This document shows positions 11,388 to 19,738 of a stretch of DNA of 64,000 bases, piece after piece; within the stretch, counting starts at the first letter, position 1; every line of letters starts with the position of its first letter. The notes under the pieces are model-generated. The model had not been told where the DNA came from and did no database searches. It worked only from the letters and a program-made list of their open reading frames with translations. The DNA lies in NCBI GenBank assembly GCA_937991645.1, contig CALKPL010000025.1, forward strand, positions 272,026 to 336,025. The letters run 5' to 3'. The position numbers and the translations under genes are program-made. This stretch comes from an uncultured Clostridia bacterium (GTDB lineage Bacteria > Bacillota > Clostridia > Oscillospirales > UMGS1783).

Positions 11388-13139
11388 TTACATATGTTCC
11401 GGTACAGTGATTCCCAGCAGGCCGAGCAGGGTATTTTGCATCCGATGCGTCGTCTGCAGCAGTGACAGCCACGATGCGCGGCGGGCAGGGTCGGGACATG
11501 TGAGGATCTTATTCTCGAAATAAAAGCGGTTGAACAGGCCCGCGACATCAAATAGCGTCTCGCAGATCACATTCGGAGCCTTTTCCTGATATGCGCGCAC
11601 CAGCGCGTCGGATACGGACAAAAGAGAAAGCATCAGGCTGCGTTCCGTGTCGGACGCGGGCGGAAGAAGTTCTCCCAGTGGTTCGCCGCGCTGCGCCGCC
11701 TTTTCCAGAACGGAATTGATACGCACCGTCGTATATTGCAAATAGGGCCCGGTTTTTCCCTCCGAGGAGAGGAAGCGATCCATATCGAACACATAGTCTT
11801 TGGAACGGTGGTTGAGCATGTCTCCGATTTTAATAGCGGCCACGCCCACCGCTCGGGCGACGTTGCGCTTTTCCGCATCGTCCAGCGCATCTGAATCCTT
11901 CACCTTTTCATAGGCGCTGTCGGAGACCATTTCTATCATATCCATAAGACGCATTACGCCGCCGTCGCGCGTCTTAAAGGGTTTGCCGTCCGGACCGTTG
12001 ATCGTCCCATTCTCACAGTGTTCGCAGACCGTATCCCCTAAAATGCCGCCTTTCGCCGCGCAGCGGAACACCTGTTTGAAATGAAATGCCTGGCGATTAT
12101 CCACAAAATACAGGATCGCCGCAGGGTTCCAGTCCTCTTTGCGCTGCAACAGTGTGCCGAGATCCGTCACCTCGTAATTGGTGCCGCCGTCCGACTTGAC
12201 AAGGATCATGGGCGGCATGGGCTCCCTGTCCTCCTCCGTCGCCACGTCGACGACCAGCGCGCCCTGAGATTCATAGAGCAGGCCTTTTTGTTTCAGAATA
12301 TCCAGTACGCGCGGGATATATGGATCCGCGTCGCGCTCGCCATACCACACGTCGAAATGTACGCCCAAAATGTCATAGATCGAGCGGATGTCCGCCACCG
12401 AAACGGCGCGGATGCGTTCCCATAGCGCATAGTAGCCCGGCTGCTTGCGCTGCAACGCCACTGTGATTCGACCAGCCTCCGCAGCGAACGCAGGGTCGGT
12501 CTTGGAACGGGCCGAGGCACGCGGGTAGATTTCGTTGAGTTCATCGACGGTGACGGGTGCGCCGTCAGGGTATTCGCCCGTAAAGTCAGGGTCAAAATAG
12601 ACGAGATCGGGGTACATACGCTTGATTTCCGCGATGACAAGGCCCATGGGCAGGCCCCAATCGCCGAGATGGACGTCGCCGATCACGTCCTTGCCCAGGA
12701 ATCGGGCCAGGCGGCACATGCTGTCGCCCAGGATGGCGGGACGCAAGTGGCCCACATGCAAAGGCTTGGCCACGTTCGGGCCGCCGAAATCCACCACGAT
12801 CGTCTCTTTTTCAAGCGTGGGCAGAAGCAGGCGCGAATCCGCCGCCATATCGCGGATAAGCTGCGCAAGAAACGCGTCTTGCAGGGTCAGGTTAATAAAT
12901 CCCGGCGCGACGGCGGAGACGGCGGCAAAGCGGCTGTCGCCCTCCAGACGACGAACCACGTCACTTGCGATCACAAGCGGCGCTTTACGGTACTGCCGAG
13001 CGGCGGCCATGGCGCCGTTGCACTGGAACTGACACAGGTCGGGACGATTTGACACCGTTACCTGGCCATATTCGCTGGAATAGCCGGCCGATGCAAATGC
13101 TTCGGATACCAGCTCTGTTAAAAGAAGTCTGACTGACAT
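11388..13139 (-). CDS. argS: arginine--tRNA ligase
   Basis: 583 aa. HVGHLR (HIGH-type motif) and a class I ArgRS-like C-terminal anticodon-binding region ending in HM. Confidence 0.95.
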   Translation of the reverse strand: MSVRLLLTELVSEAFASAGYSSEYGQVTVSNRPDLCQFQCNGAMAAARQYRKAPLVIASDVVRRLEGDSRFAAVSAVAPGFINLTLQDAFLAQLIRDMAADSRLLLPTLEKETIVVDFGGPNVAKPLHVGHLRPAILGDSMCRLARFLGKDVIGDVHLGDWGLPMGLVIAEIKRMYPDLVYFDPDFTGEYPDGAPVTVDELNEIYPRASARSKTDPAFAAEAGRITVALQRKQPGYYALWERIRAVSVADIRSIYDILGVHFDVWYGERDADPYIPRVLDILKQKGLLYESQGALVVDVATEEDREPMPPMILVKSDGGTNYEVTDLGTLLQRKEDWNPAAILYFVDNRQAFHFKQVFRCAAKGGILGDTVCEHCENGTINGPDGKPFKTRDGGVMRLMDMIEMVSDSAYEKVKDSDALDDAEKRNVARAVGVAAIKIGDMLNHRSKDYVFDMDRFLSSEGKTGPYLQYTTVRINSVLEKAAQRGEPLGELLPPASDTERSLMLSLLSVSDALVRAYQEKAPNVICETLFDVAGLFNRFYFENKILTCPDPARRASWLSLLQTTHRMQNTLLGLLGITVPEHM

Positions 13140-13453
13140 ATGGTTCCCTCTTTCACCTGACGTTTTGTCCGATATAGTTTACCATATCAAGACCCGCTTG
13201 TCCAGAAGCCTACAAAAAAACGCGCAGGATGCGCGCTGCCGAAAGGACGCGGGCAGACTCGCCGCCTCCTTCGCTGAGGAATTTATATACCAGCGCAGAA
13301 AAAGCAGAGCCGGACTCCGTACCACAAAGGCAATATCCCCGCCCGTTCACTGTACAAAAGCTGCGGCTATTCTATCACAGAACACCTCCAATACACCACA
13401 GGCGACGGGTCCCGACACATGGGATATAAATACATTACGCTTAGCTCAAATGC
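13140..13453 (-). promoter_or_regulatory. long argS 5' leader with terminator/attenuator; class unresolved, possibly T-box-like
   Basis: About 310 nt between the candidate promoter and the ATG. Contains a UGGUAC core, a GAA-CGG element and an intrinsic terminator hairpin with U7. See findings. Confidence 0.4.
13214..13235 (-). terminator. intrinsic terminator inside the argS leader
   Basis: Minus strand reads cgcgca-ucc-ugcgcg followed by U7, about 75 nt upstream of the argS ATG. An alternative ctgcc/ggcag pairing lies directly upstream. Confidence 0.55.
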
Positions 13454-13459
13454 GAATAC

Positions 13460-13488
13460 ATTCTAAGAAAAGTGCGGTTACAGAACAA
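13460..13488 (-). promoter_or_regulatory. candidate argS promoter (TTGTTC-17-TAGAAT)
   Basis: Hexamers read on the minus strand. Confidence 0.35.
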
Positions 13489-13615
13489 TATTTCAGCTTC
13501 ATGGTCAGAATATATATCAGAAAATCCTTTAAGTATTTTTCACAGGGTATTTACTACACACTGGCGGTATGCTATACTTTGAAAAACAGTTCTTAAAGGA
13601 GGTTAATCTGCTACC

Positions 13616-15442
13616 ATGAACAATCTTTGTGCAAGCTTGAATTACAACGGAAAAAAATTTGTTTTTTCTCCCGGAACCTCAAATATAGACTCTGTACTTG
13701 AAGTGTCATACGAATGCCGCCGTCTTTCTGATTTTGCAGAATTTGCAGTGCTTAAACTGAAAAATACAGGTGTCGAAAACACAAAGCTTATCTCAGACGT
13801 TAAATCTCTCGACGTGCGCTTCTCCTCCTCCGCCGCTCCTACATATCACACGCTTGTAGGTGACGATTGCGGAGCAGAAAGCTTTATGCCCGTCAGCATT
13901 GAACTGAATGCCCCCTACCATGAAGAACCATTTGGAGGTAGGTCTTCAAGCACAACGGGATTTCCGTTCTTTGACCTGGAATGGGAAAGTCATGCCGTTG
14001 TCATAGGTATTGGCTGGACCGGTCAGTGGAGCCGGGATATCCTGCCATCGGACGCCGGATTTTCCGTTCAGATCGGTATGTGTGACAGCAGTTTTTACCT
14101 GAAGCCCGACGAATTTGTCCGCCTTCCGTCAGTTTTGGTCGTTCGCGGTAGCAATGCCGCCGAAACCAGACGCGAATTCCGAAAAATCATGCGTGAGCAC
14201 TTCTCCCCGAAAGCCCGTCTGGGCGAAAACTTCCAGATGCCCATTGCCATACAGTGCTTTGACAGGTATTTTCAGGCGATTGGCAATTCCAAAAAAGAAG
14301 ACGCCTGGGCAACCGAAAACGGTCAACGCCAAACTGTTGACGCAGCCAAAAAGCTTAAATATATTGACACGCTTTGGCTGGACGCCGCATGGTTTTACAA
14401 GGGATTTCCCCACGGCGTTGGCAATTTCCGGTTCAGCGAAGGCTTTCCCCGGGGGCTGCGTCCGATTTCCGACTATGCCCACGAAAACGGCTTGAAGTTT
14501 ATCGTCTGGTTTGAACCCGAAAGGGTATATTCCGGCAGCGATCTCTACGATCAAGAAAAGTTTCTTCTCATGACCGATCCCCAAAATAAGACAAGACTCT
14601 TTAACCTCGCTGACGAATCTGCCCGCCGTTGGCTTACAGATACACTGATTGGCATGATACGCGATAACGGCATCGACATATATCGTCAGGACTTCAATAT
14701 GGATCCACTGCCATACTGGCGGGCAAACGATGAACCCAACCGACGCGGAATCACAGAAATGAAATATATTGACGGTCTGTACCGGATGTGGGACGATATA
14801 CTCAATTCCTGTCCCGGGCTTTGGATCGACAACTGCGCTAGCGGCGGACGCCGTCTTGACGTCGAAACCGCAATGCGGTCTGTCACCCTTTGGCGAAGCG
14901 ACACCGGATGCTTCCCCGAAGATTCCGAAAGGCGCATTACCGTTTGGAACCACAATCAGATACTTGGTCTTGCCGAATACCTTCCATACCATGCATGCGC
15001 CGTTTGGGATACTGACGCTTACACTGTGCGTTCCACCGCAACTCACGGGTTGGCGGCAAACTTCCACATTCTTGACCCCGGCTTTGACTTTGAACAGGGC
15101 TCAAAGGTTCTCCGCGAAGTATGTGAGATGAAAAGCTACTGGGACGGCGATTTCTATCCTCTCACTTCCGCTACTTTGGACGAGTCTGTGTGGTCAGCAT
15201 ATCAGCTTGCCTTCGAAGATCACGGTGCGCTCTATGTATTCCGTCGGGCAGACAGCAGGCAGTGCACAAAAAAGTTTGCGCTTAAAGCTGTTGATCTCAG
15301 CAAAAACTACTCGCTGACGCTGATTGACGAGCATTTTGTCCGCACCCAACTGACCGCTTCCGGCTCAGAACTTGCGTCAGGCATTGAAGTTACGATTCCT
15401 GCCCCCAAAAACAGCCTGATCATGCAATACCACACGATCTGA
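13616..15442 (+). CDS. GH36-like (clan GH-D) alpha-galactosidase-family glycoside hydrolase, cytoplasmic
   Basis: 608 aa, no signal peptide. Motifs LWLDAAWFY, IVWFEPERV, YRQDFNMDP and IDNCASGGRRLD parallel the DDGWF / WFEPE / KWDMN / CSGGGGR motifs of GH36. Confidence 0.8.
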   Translation: MNNLCASLNYNGKKFVFSPGTSNIDSVLEVSYECRRLSDFAEFAVLKLKNTGVENTKLISDVKSLDVRFSSSAAPTYHTLVGDDCGAESFMPVSIELNAPYHEEPFGGRSSSTTGFPFFDLEWESHAVVIGIGWTGQWSRDILPSDAGFSVQIGMCDSSFYLKPDEFVRLPSVLVVRGSNAAETRREFRKIMREHFSPKARLGENFQMPIAIQCFDRYFQAIGNSKKEDAWATENGQRQTVDAAKKLKYIDTLWLDAAWFYKGFPHGVGNFRFSEGFPRGLRPISDYAHENGLKFIVWFEPERVYSGSDLYDQEKFLLMTDPQNKTRLFNLADESARRWLTDTLIGMIRDNGIDIYRQDFNMDPLPYWRANDEPNRRGITEMKYIDGLYRMWDDILNSCPGLWIDNCASGGRRLDVETAMRSVTLWRSDTGCFPEDSERRITVWNHNQILGLAEYLPYHACAVWDTDAYTVRSTATHGLAANFHILDPGFDFEQGSKVLREVCEMKSYWDGDFYPLTSATLDESVWSAYQLAFEDHGALYVFRRADSRQCTKKFALKAVDLSKNYSLTLIDEHFVRTQLTASGSELASGIEVTIPAPKNSLIMQYHTI

Positions 15443-15586
15443 ATACCCAAATGACGTTCTCCGCAAACTAGGTTTTCATCTTTTTGATGATATAGATTAC
15501 GGATTATATCATCAGGACCTGAGCGAACCTTTATATTTGGATTGTGCTTGCAGGAAACGCAGACGATACTAGCGTTGTGTAAAAAA

Positions 15587-15616
15587 AGGCAGAGGCAAAA
15601 GTCTCTGTCTTTTTTA
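15587..15616 (+). terminator. intrinsic terminator after the GH36-like gene
   Basis: Stem aggcagag/ctctgtct (one G-U pair) with an 8-nt loop, then T6. Confidence 0.6.
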
Positions 15617-15668
15617 TCGGTTGGTATTAGCCTGCCTTACGATAGACAGCCCTTGATGTTGTTATTTC

Positions 15669-15965
15669 TCAGTTCGTTATGCTCGGCAGATTGCCAAGAT
15701 TGTTGCCTTCCGAACCGTCGGGAAGCGCTTTTAGGTATTCCGTACCTTTACGGATTCCTACGCCGACGCCGCGGATGCCGCCGTTTTTCGCCAGCTGAAC
15801 GCCGTCCGCCTTGCTCAGGACGGTTCCGTCTGACAGTTTATAGCCGGTAATTCGGCCGCTTTCCTTGACAAGCGCGACGATTGTCTTTGCGTCCGGGTTC
15901 GGAGTCGGGATATCTTTCAGTGTGTTCATTGGAAGTGTGGACGGTATGTTTTGATTGTTCTCCAC
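15669..15965 (-). CDS. small conserved hypothetical protein (DUF3892-like, from memory)
   Basis: 98 aa, GTG start with GGAGG 6 nt upstream. ITGYKLSDGTVLSKADGVQLAKNGGIRGV and the C-terminal YLKALPDGSEGNNLGNLP resemble DUF3892 proteins. Confidence 0.6.
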   Translation of the reverse strand: MENNQNIPSTLPMNTLKDIPTPNPDAKTIVALVKESGRITGYKLSDGTVLSKADGVQLAKNGGIRGVGVGIRKGTEYLKALPDGSEGNNLGNLPSITN

Positions 15966-16093
15966 AATAATCCTCCTTTCTTTTTACATACTGTGTATTC
16001 AGTATTTGCGTTTTTACGGGATATATGCAGACTGGTATTTTCGAGACGCCTGTGATATAATTGAAAATAACTTGTAAGCCGGAGGCGAAGCGC

Positions 16094-16747
16094 ATGTTTT
16101 TTCAATACGGCGATACGGAAACCGAATATCTCAAACGGAAAGACCCCAGGCTGGGCGCGCTGATAGATCGGATTGGACACGTGGATCGGGAAGTGGATCC
16201 GGACCTGTTTTCCGCCGTTGTCCACCATATCGTCGGACAGCAGATATCCACCAAGGCGCAGGCAACGATATGGAACCGGATGCGGGACGCGCTTGGCACT
16301 GTAGACGCGCCGGCCGTTCTTGCCGCGGGCCCGGAACGGCTGCAGGCGTTTGGGATATCCTTTCGCAAAGCTGCGTATATTCTGGAGTTTGCCGAACAGG
16401 TGGAAACCGGAAGATTCGACCTTGCAGACGTTGCGAACAGGACGGATGCGGAAGCAATACGCATGCTCTCCGGCTTAAAAGGAATCGGCGTGTGGACGGC
16501 GGAGATGATACTGCTGTTTTGCATGCAACGCCCCGACGTGTTCAGCTATGACGACCTCGCGATCCAGCGCGGACTGCGCATGGTATATCACCACAGGAAG
16601 ATCGACCGCAAACTGTTCGAGAAATACAGGCGGCGGTTCAGCCCTTATTGCAGCGTTGCAAGCTTGTACCTGTGGGCGGTTGCAGGCGGCGCGGTCGATG
16701 GTATGAAGGATTATGCGCCAAAGGCCAAAAGCAAAAAAACCGCATAA
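16094..16747 (+). CDS. alkA: DNA-3-methyladenine glycosylase II (HhH-GPD)
   Basis: HhH motif LKGIGVWTAEMILLF. ATG at 16094 has GGAGG 8 nt upstream; the ORF-track TTG at 16061 is less likely. Confidence 0.8.
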   Translation: MFFQYGDTETEYLKRKDPRLGALIDRIGHVDREVDPDLFSAVVHHIVGQQISTKAQATIWNRMRDALGTVDAPAVLAAGPERLQAFGISFRKAAYILEFAEQVETGRFDLADVANRTDAEAIRMLSGLKGIGVWTAEMILLFCMQRPDVFSYDDLAIQRGLRMVYHHRKIDRKLFEKYRRRFSPYCSVASLYLWAVAGGAVDGMKDYAPKAKSKKTA

Positions 16748-16765
16748 TCGGTTGGGAGGGATTTC

Positions 16766-17302
16766 ATGTATTACCGCACCAGTTATGATTCGCCAATCGG
16801 CGCGATCACGCTCGCCTGTGCGGACGGCAGGCTCGCAGGGCTTTGGTTCAATGGGCAGAAATACTACGGCGATTCTGTACCGGAACCGATGATTCCCAAC
16901 GACGACTTGCCCGTATTTCACATGGCAAAAAACTGGCTTGACCGGTATTTTTCCGGACAGCGGCCCGACGTTGACGAGCTGCCGCTCGCGCCGATTGGCG
17001 GCGCGTTCAGACAGATGGTATGGCGCATCCTGCGCGAGATTCCCTATGGAGAGGTGACAACCTACGGAGAAATTGCAAAACGGGTCGCGGCGAAAACGGG
17101 CCGGCCAATGTCGGGCCAGGCAGTTGGCGGCGCGGTGGGCCATAATCCCATTTCCATTATCATACCATGCCACCGGGTAGTCGGTGCGAACGGGAGCCTG
17201 ACGGGTTATGCCGGGGGCATTGCGGTAAAGCGAAAGCTATTGGAGCTGGAGGGCGTAGACACCGACCGGTTCCGTATTCCCAGGACGGGAACGGCGCTGT
17301 AA
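16766..17302 (+). CDS. ogt: methylated-DNA--protein-cysteine methyltransferase
   Basis: 178 aa. Active-site IIIPCHRVV. Confidence 0.9.
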   Translation: MYYRTSYDSPIGAITLACADGRLAGLWFNGQKYYGDSVPEPMIPNDDLPVFHMAKNWLDRYFSGQRPDVDELPLAPIGGAFRQMVWRILREIPYGEVTTYGEIAKRVAAKTGRPMSGQAVGGAVGHNPISIIIPCHRVVGANGSLTGYAGGIAVKRKLLELEGVDTDRFRIPRTGTAL

Positions 17303-17311
17303 AGCAGAATG

Positions 17312-17344
17312 AAAAGCGCCTGCCAATTGGCAGGCGCTTTTTTG
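17312..17344. terminator. bidirectional terminator between ogt and the ACT gene
   Basis: Stem agcgcctgcc/ggcaggcgct with loop aatt, flanked by A4 and T7. Confidence 0.8.
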
Positions 17345-17359
17345 AATGGCTTGCATGAA

Positions 17360-17791
17360 TTACAGGGTGAATATCTCCTCCGGCGTTACGACGCTGATCC
17401 CGTTTTCGCCCAGGATTTTCACCGCACGCTCATTCTCCTCAACGCGGAACACGACGTACGCATCCTCCCTGCGGCGCGTGATAAACGCATACATGTATTC
17501 GATACTGATAGCGTTGTCGGACAAAATACGCAGCACGGCGGCAAGGCTTCCGGGCGTATCGGAGATCGCTACCGCGATTACTTTTGTTACGGACACAATG
17601 TACTGTTCGCGTTTAAGCGCGGAAACCGCCTTATCCGCATCGTTCACAATCAGCCGCAAAATGCCGAAGTCCTTTGTGTCGGCAATGGACATTGCGCGGA
17701 TATCGATTCCCTCATCCGCAAGAACCGCCGTGATCTCTGCAAGCTTACCCGCTTTGTTTTCCACAAATACCGAAAGTTGATCGATCGTCAT
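17360..17791 (-). CDS. ACT domain protein
   Basis: MTIDQLSVFVENKAGKLAEITAVLADEGIDIRAMSIADTKDFGILRLIV is a tandem-ACT-like sequence. ATG at 17791 with GGAGGG upstream, 16 nt after the paaK stop. Confidence 0.8.
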   Translation of the reverse strand: MTIDQLSVFVENKAGKLAEITAVLADEGIDIRAMSIADTKDFGILRLIVNDADKAVSALKREQYIVSVTKVIAVAISDTPGSLAAVLRILSDNAISIEYMYAFITRRREDAYVVFRVEENERAVKILGENGISVVTPEEIFTL

Positions 17792-17807
17792 ACCTGTACC
17801 CTCCTTT

Positions 17808-19115
17808 TCAATCATGCAGTTTCCGTTTGTCAATCACCCTGACAGCTTTGCCCGTGGAGCGCTCGATGGATTTGGGCTCCACAAGCGTCACTTTTGCGGC
17901 AAGACCGAGCAGGGATTTCAATGCCTCTGTTAAATCGTTTTCCCATGCGGATATGCTGCGCACCGTGTCGGAGAACATGTCGGGCGTCATTTCCACAATG
18001 ACCTCCAGCGTATCGTGGCTGCCGACGCGGTCTACTATGATCTGGTAGTTCGGCGAGAAGCCGCGCTCCAGCAGTACTGTCTCGATCTGCGACGGGAATA
18101 CGTTGACGCCGCGGATGATGAGCATATCGTCCGTCCGCCCGCGGGGCTTGGACATTCTGGCAAAGGTGCGTCCGCAGGGGCAGGCGTCATAGGTGATAAC
18201 GCCAATATCACGGGTTCTGTACCGGATCAGGGGGAAGGCCTCTTTTGTGATGCAGGTAAACACTAGTTCGCCCTGCTGGCCGGGACCGAGCGGCTCGCCG
18301 GTATCCGGATCTATGACCTCGAGGATGAAATGGTCCTCATTGATGTGCATCCCGTTCTGTTCGCTGCACTCGTATGCAACGCCGGGACCCATGATCTCGG
18401 TCAGGCCGTAGATATCGTACGCTTTGATACCGAGCTTGCGCTGTATCTCCTGCCGCATCTGCTCCGTCCACGGCTCGGCGCCGAATATGCCGGCTTTGAG
18501 GCTTATTTCCGAAAGCGGAACGCCCATGGCCTCCAGCGTCTCGCCGATGTACATCGCATAGGAAGGCGTACAGCACAGGATGGTGGAGCCGAAATCACGC
18601 AGAATCGTGATCTGACGCTGGGTGTTCCCGCTTGAGACGGGAATGGTCGTCGCCCCGATTTTATGCGCGCCGCCGTGCAGGCCAAGGCCGCCGGTGAAGA
18701 GGCCATAGCCATAGGAGACGTGGACAAAATCCTTCGGGCCTGCGCCGGCCGCGACAAGCTGGCGGGCACAGATATCCTCCCAGATTTCCAAGTCGTGCTG
18801 CGTATAGCCCGCGACGACCTGTTTTCCCGTCGTTCCACTCGACGCCTGGATGCGAACCACCTGCTCCATGGGAACCGCCATCATACCGTATGGATATGTG
18901 TCGCGCAGGTCGCTCTTATAAGTAAACGGGAGCTTGTAAAGATCGTCCACCGAACGGATATCGTCCGGCGTTACGCCTTTTTCCTCCATAAGCGCGCGGT
19001 AGTACGGGACGTTGTCATGGACATGCTTTACCGTCTTTACCAGGCGCTCATTCTGCCACTGACGCAGGAGTGACCGCGGCGCAGTCTCGATCTCTTCCTG
19101 AAAATAACGTGCCAT
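17808..19115 (-). CDS. paaK: phenylacetate-CoA ligase family protein (paralog 2)
   Basis: The start MARYFQEEIE aligns with the N-terminus of the paralog at 21477-22781. Contains the AMP-binding motif SSGTTGK. The ORF-track start at 19241 would run across iorB. Confidence 0.85.
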   Translation of the reverse strand: MARYFQEEIETAPRSLLRQWQNERLVKTVKHVHDNVPYYRALMEEKGVTPDDIRSVDDLYKLPFTYKSDLRDTYPYGMMAVPMEQVVRIQASSGTTGKQVVAGYTQHDLEIWEDICARQLVAAGAGPKDFVHVSYGYGLFTGGLGLHGGAHKIGATTIPVSSGNTQRQITILRDFGSTILCCTPSYAMYIGETLEAMGVPLSEISLKAGIFGAEPWTEQMRQEIQRKLGIKAYDIYGLTEIMGPGVAYECSEQNGMHINEDHFILEVIDPDTGEPLGPGQQGELVFTCITKEAFPLIRYRTRDIGVITYDACPCGRTFARMSKPRGRTDDMLIIRGVNVFPSQIETVLLERGFSPNYQIIVDRVGSHDTLEVIVEMTPDMFSDTVRSISAWENDLTEALKSLLGLAAKVTLVEPKSIERSTGKAVRVIDKRKLHD

Positions 19116-19153
19116 TTCATGCTTCCCCTCTCTTTTATTGCTTATGTCCCCGC

Positions 19154-19738
19154 CTATGCGAGCTGCATACCCAAGGCAAACGCCTTCTGGTTCAGGGCAA
19201 GAAATTTTGCCGGAACAACGCGTTCCAACGCCTTTTGCCACTCGTCCTGCGGCACGTCGAAGTACCGGGCGAGCCTTCCCATCAAAACAATGTTGATGGC
19301 CTTGGCGCTTCCGGCCTGCTCGGCGGTCTCCAAAGCGTCGACAGCGTCGACCTGCAGGCCCAACGCGCGCAGTTTGGCAAGGATATCCTCAGGATATGCC
19401 GCCGCGCCTGTAATGACGGGCATGGGGTCGATCTGCTGGGTGTTGACGATGATACGGCCGCCGGGACGAAGGTATTCCGCCCAGCGCGCGGCTTCGAGCA
19501 GCTCAAATGAGATGATGAAATCGGCCTCGCCCTTGTCTATAACCGGGGAGTAGACCTTATCGCCATAGCGCACATACGTGACCACGGAACCGCCGCGCTG
19601 ACTCATACCGTGCACTTCGGAGACCTTTACGTCATACCCCTGCTCCACAAGCAGGTTGCCAAGCAGCTTACTGGCGAGCAGCGAACCCTGGCCGCCAACG
19701 CCGACGATCATTACATTTTTCGTTTCCATCTCACGCAT
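19154..19738 (-). CDS. iorB: indolepyruvate:ferredoxin oxidoreductase beta subunit
   Basis: 194 aa. IVGVGGQG near the N-terminus. Overlaps iorA by 8 nt. Confidence 0.85.
   Translation of the reverse strand: MREMETKNVMIVGVGGQGSLLASKLLGNLLVEQGYDVKVSEVHGMSQRGGSVVTYVRYGDKVYSPVIDKGEADFIISFELLEAARWAEYLRPGGRIIVNTQQIDPMPVITGAAAYPEDILAKLRALGLQVDAVDALETAEQAGSAKAINIVLMGRLARYFDVPQDEWQKALERVVPAKFLALNQKAFALGMQLA

Noticed and set aside
13321-13440. Calling the argS leader a canonical T-box riboswitch.
   Set aside because: I rejected it as a firm call only. The T-box-like core is 9/13 and lies too far from the terminator, and the Stem I AG-bulge and distal-loop motifs were not found by eye. It is kept as an uncertain candidate in the findings.
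17808-19241. N-terminally extended ORF-track starts for paaK (19241), gatA (51881), tilS (40762), GT2 (46989), comEB (48173), ACT (17833), yunB (54842), ftsH (38801) and pyrK (2966).
   Set aside because: The extensions overlap upstream genes or lack an RBS. Internal starts have good Shine-Dalgarno spacing and give N-termini collinear with paralogs or known family members.
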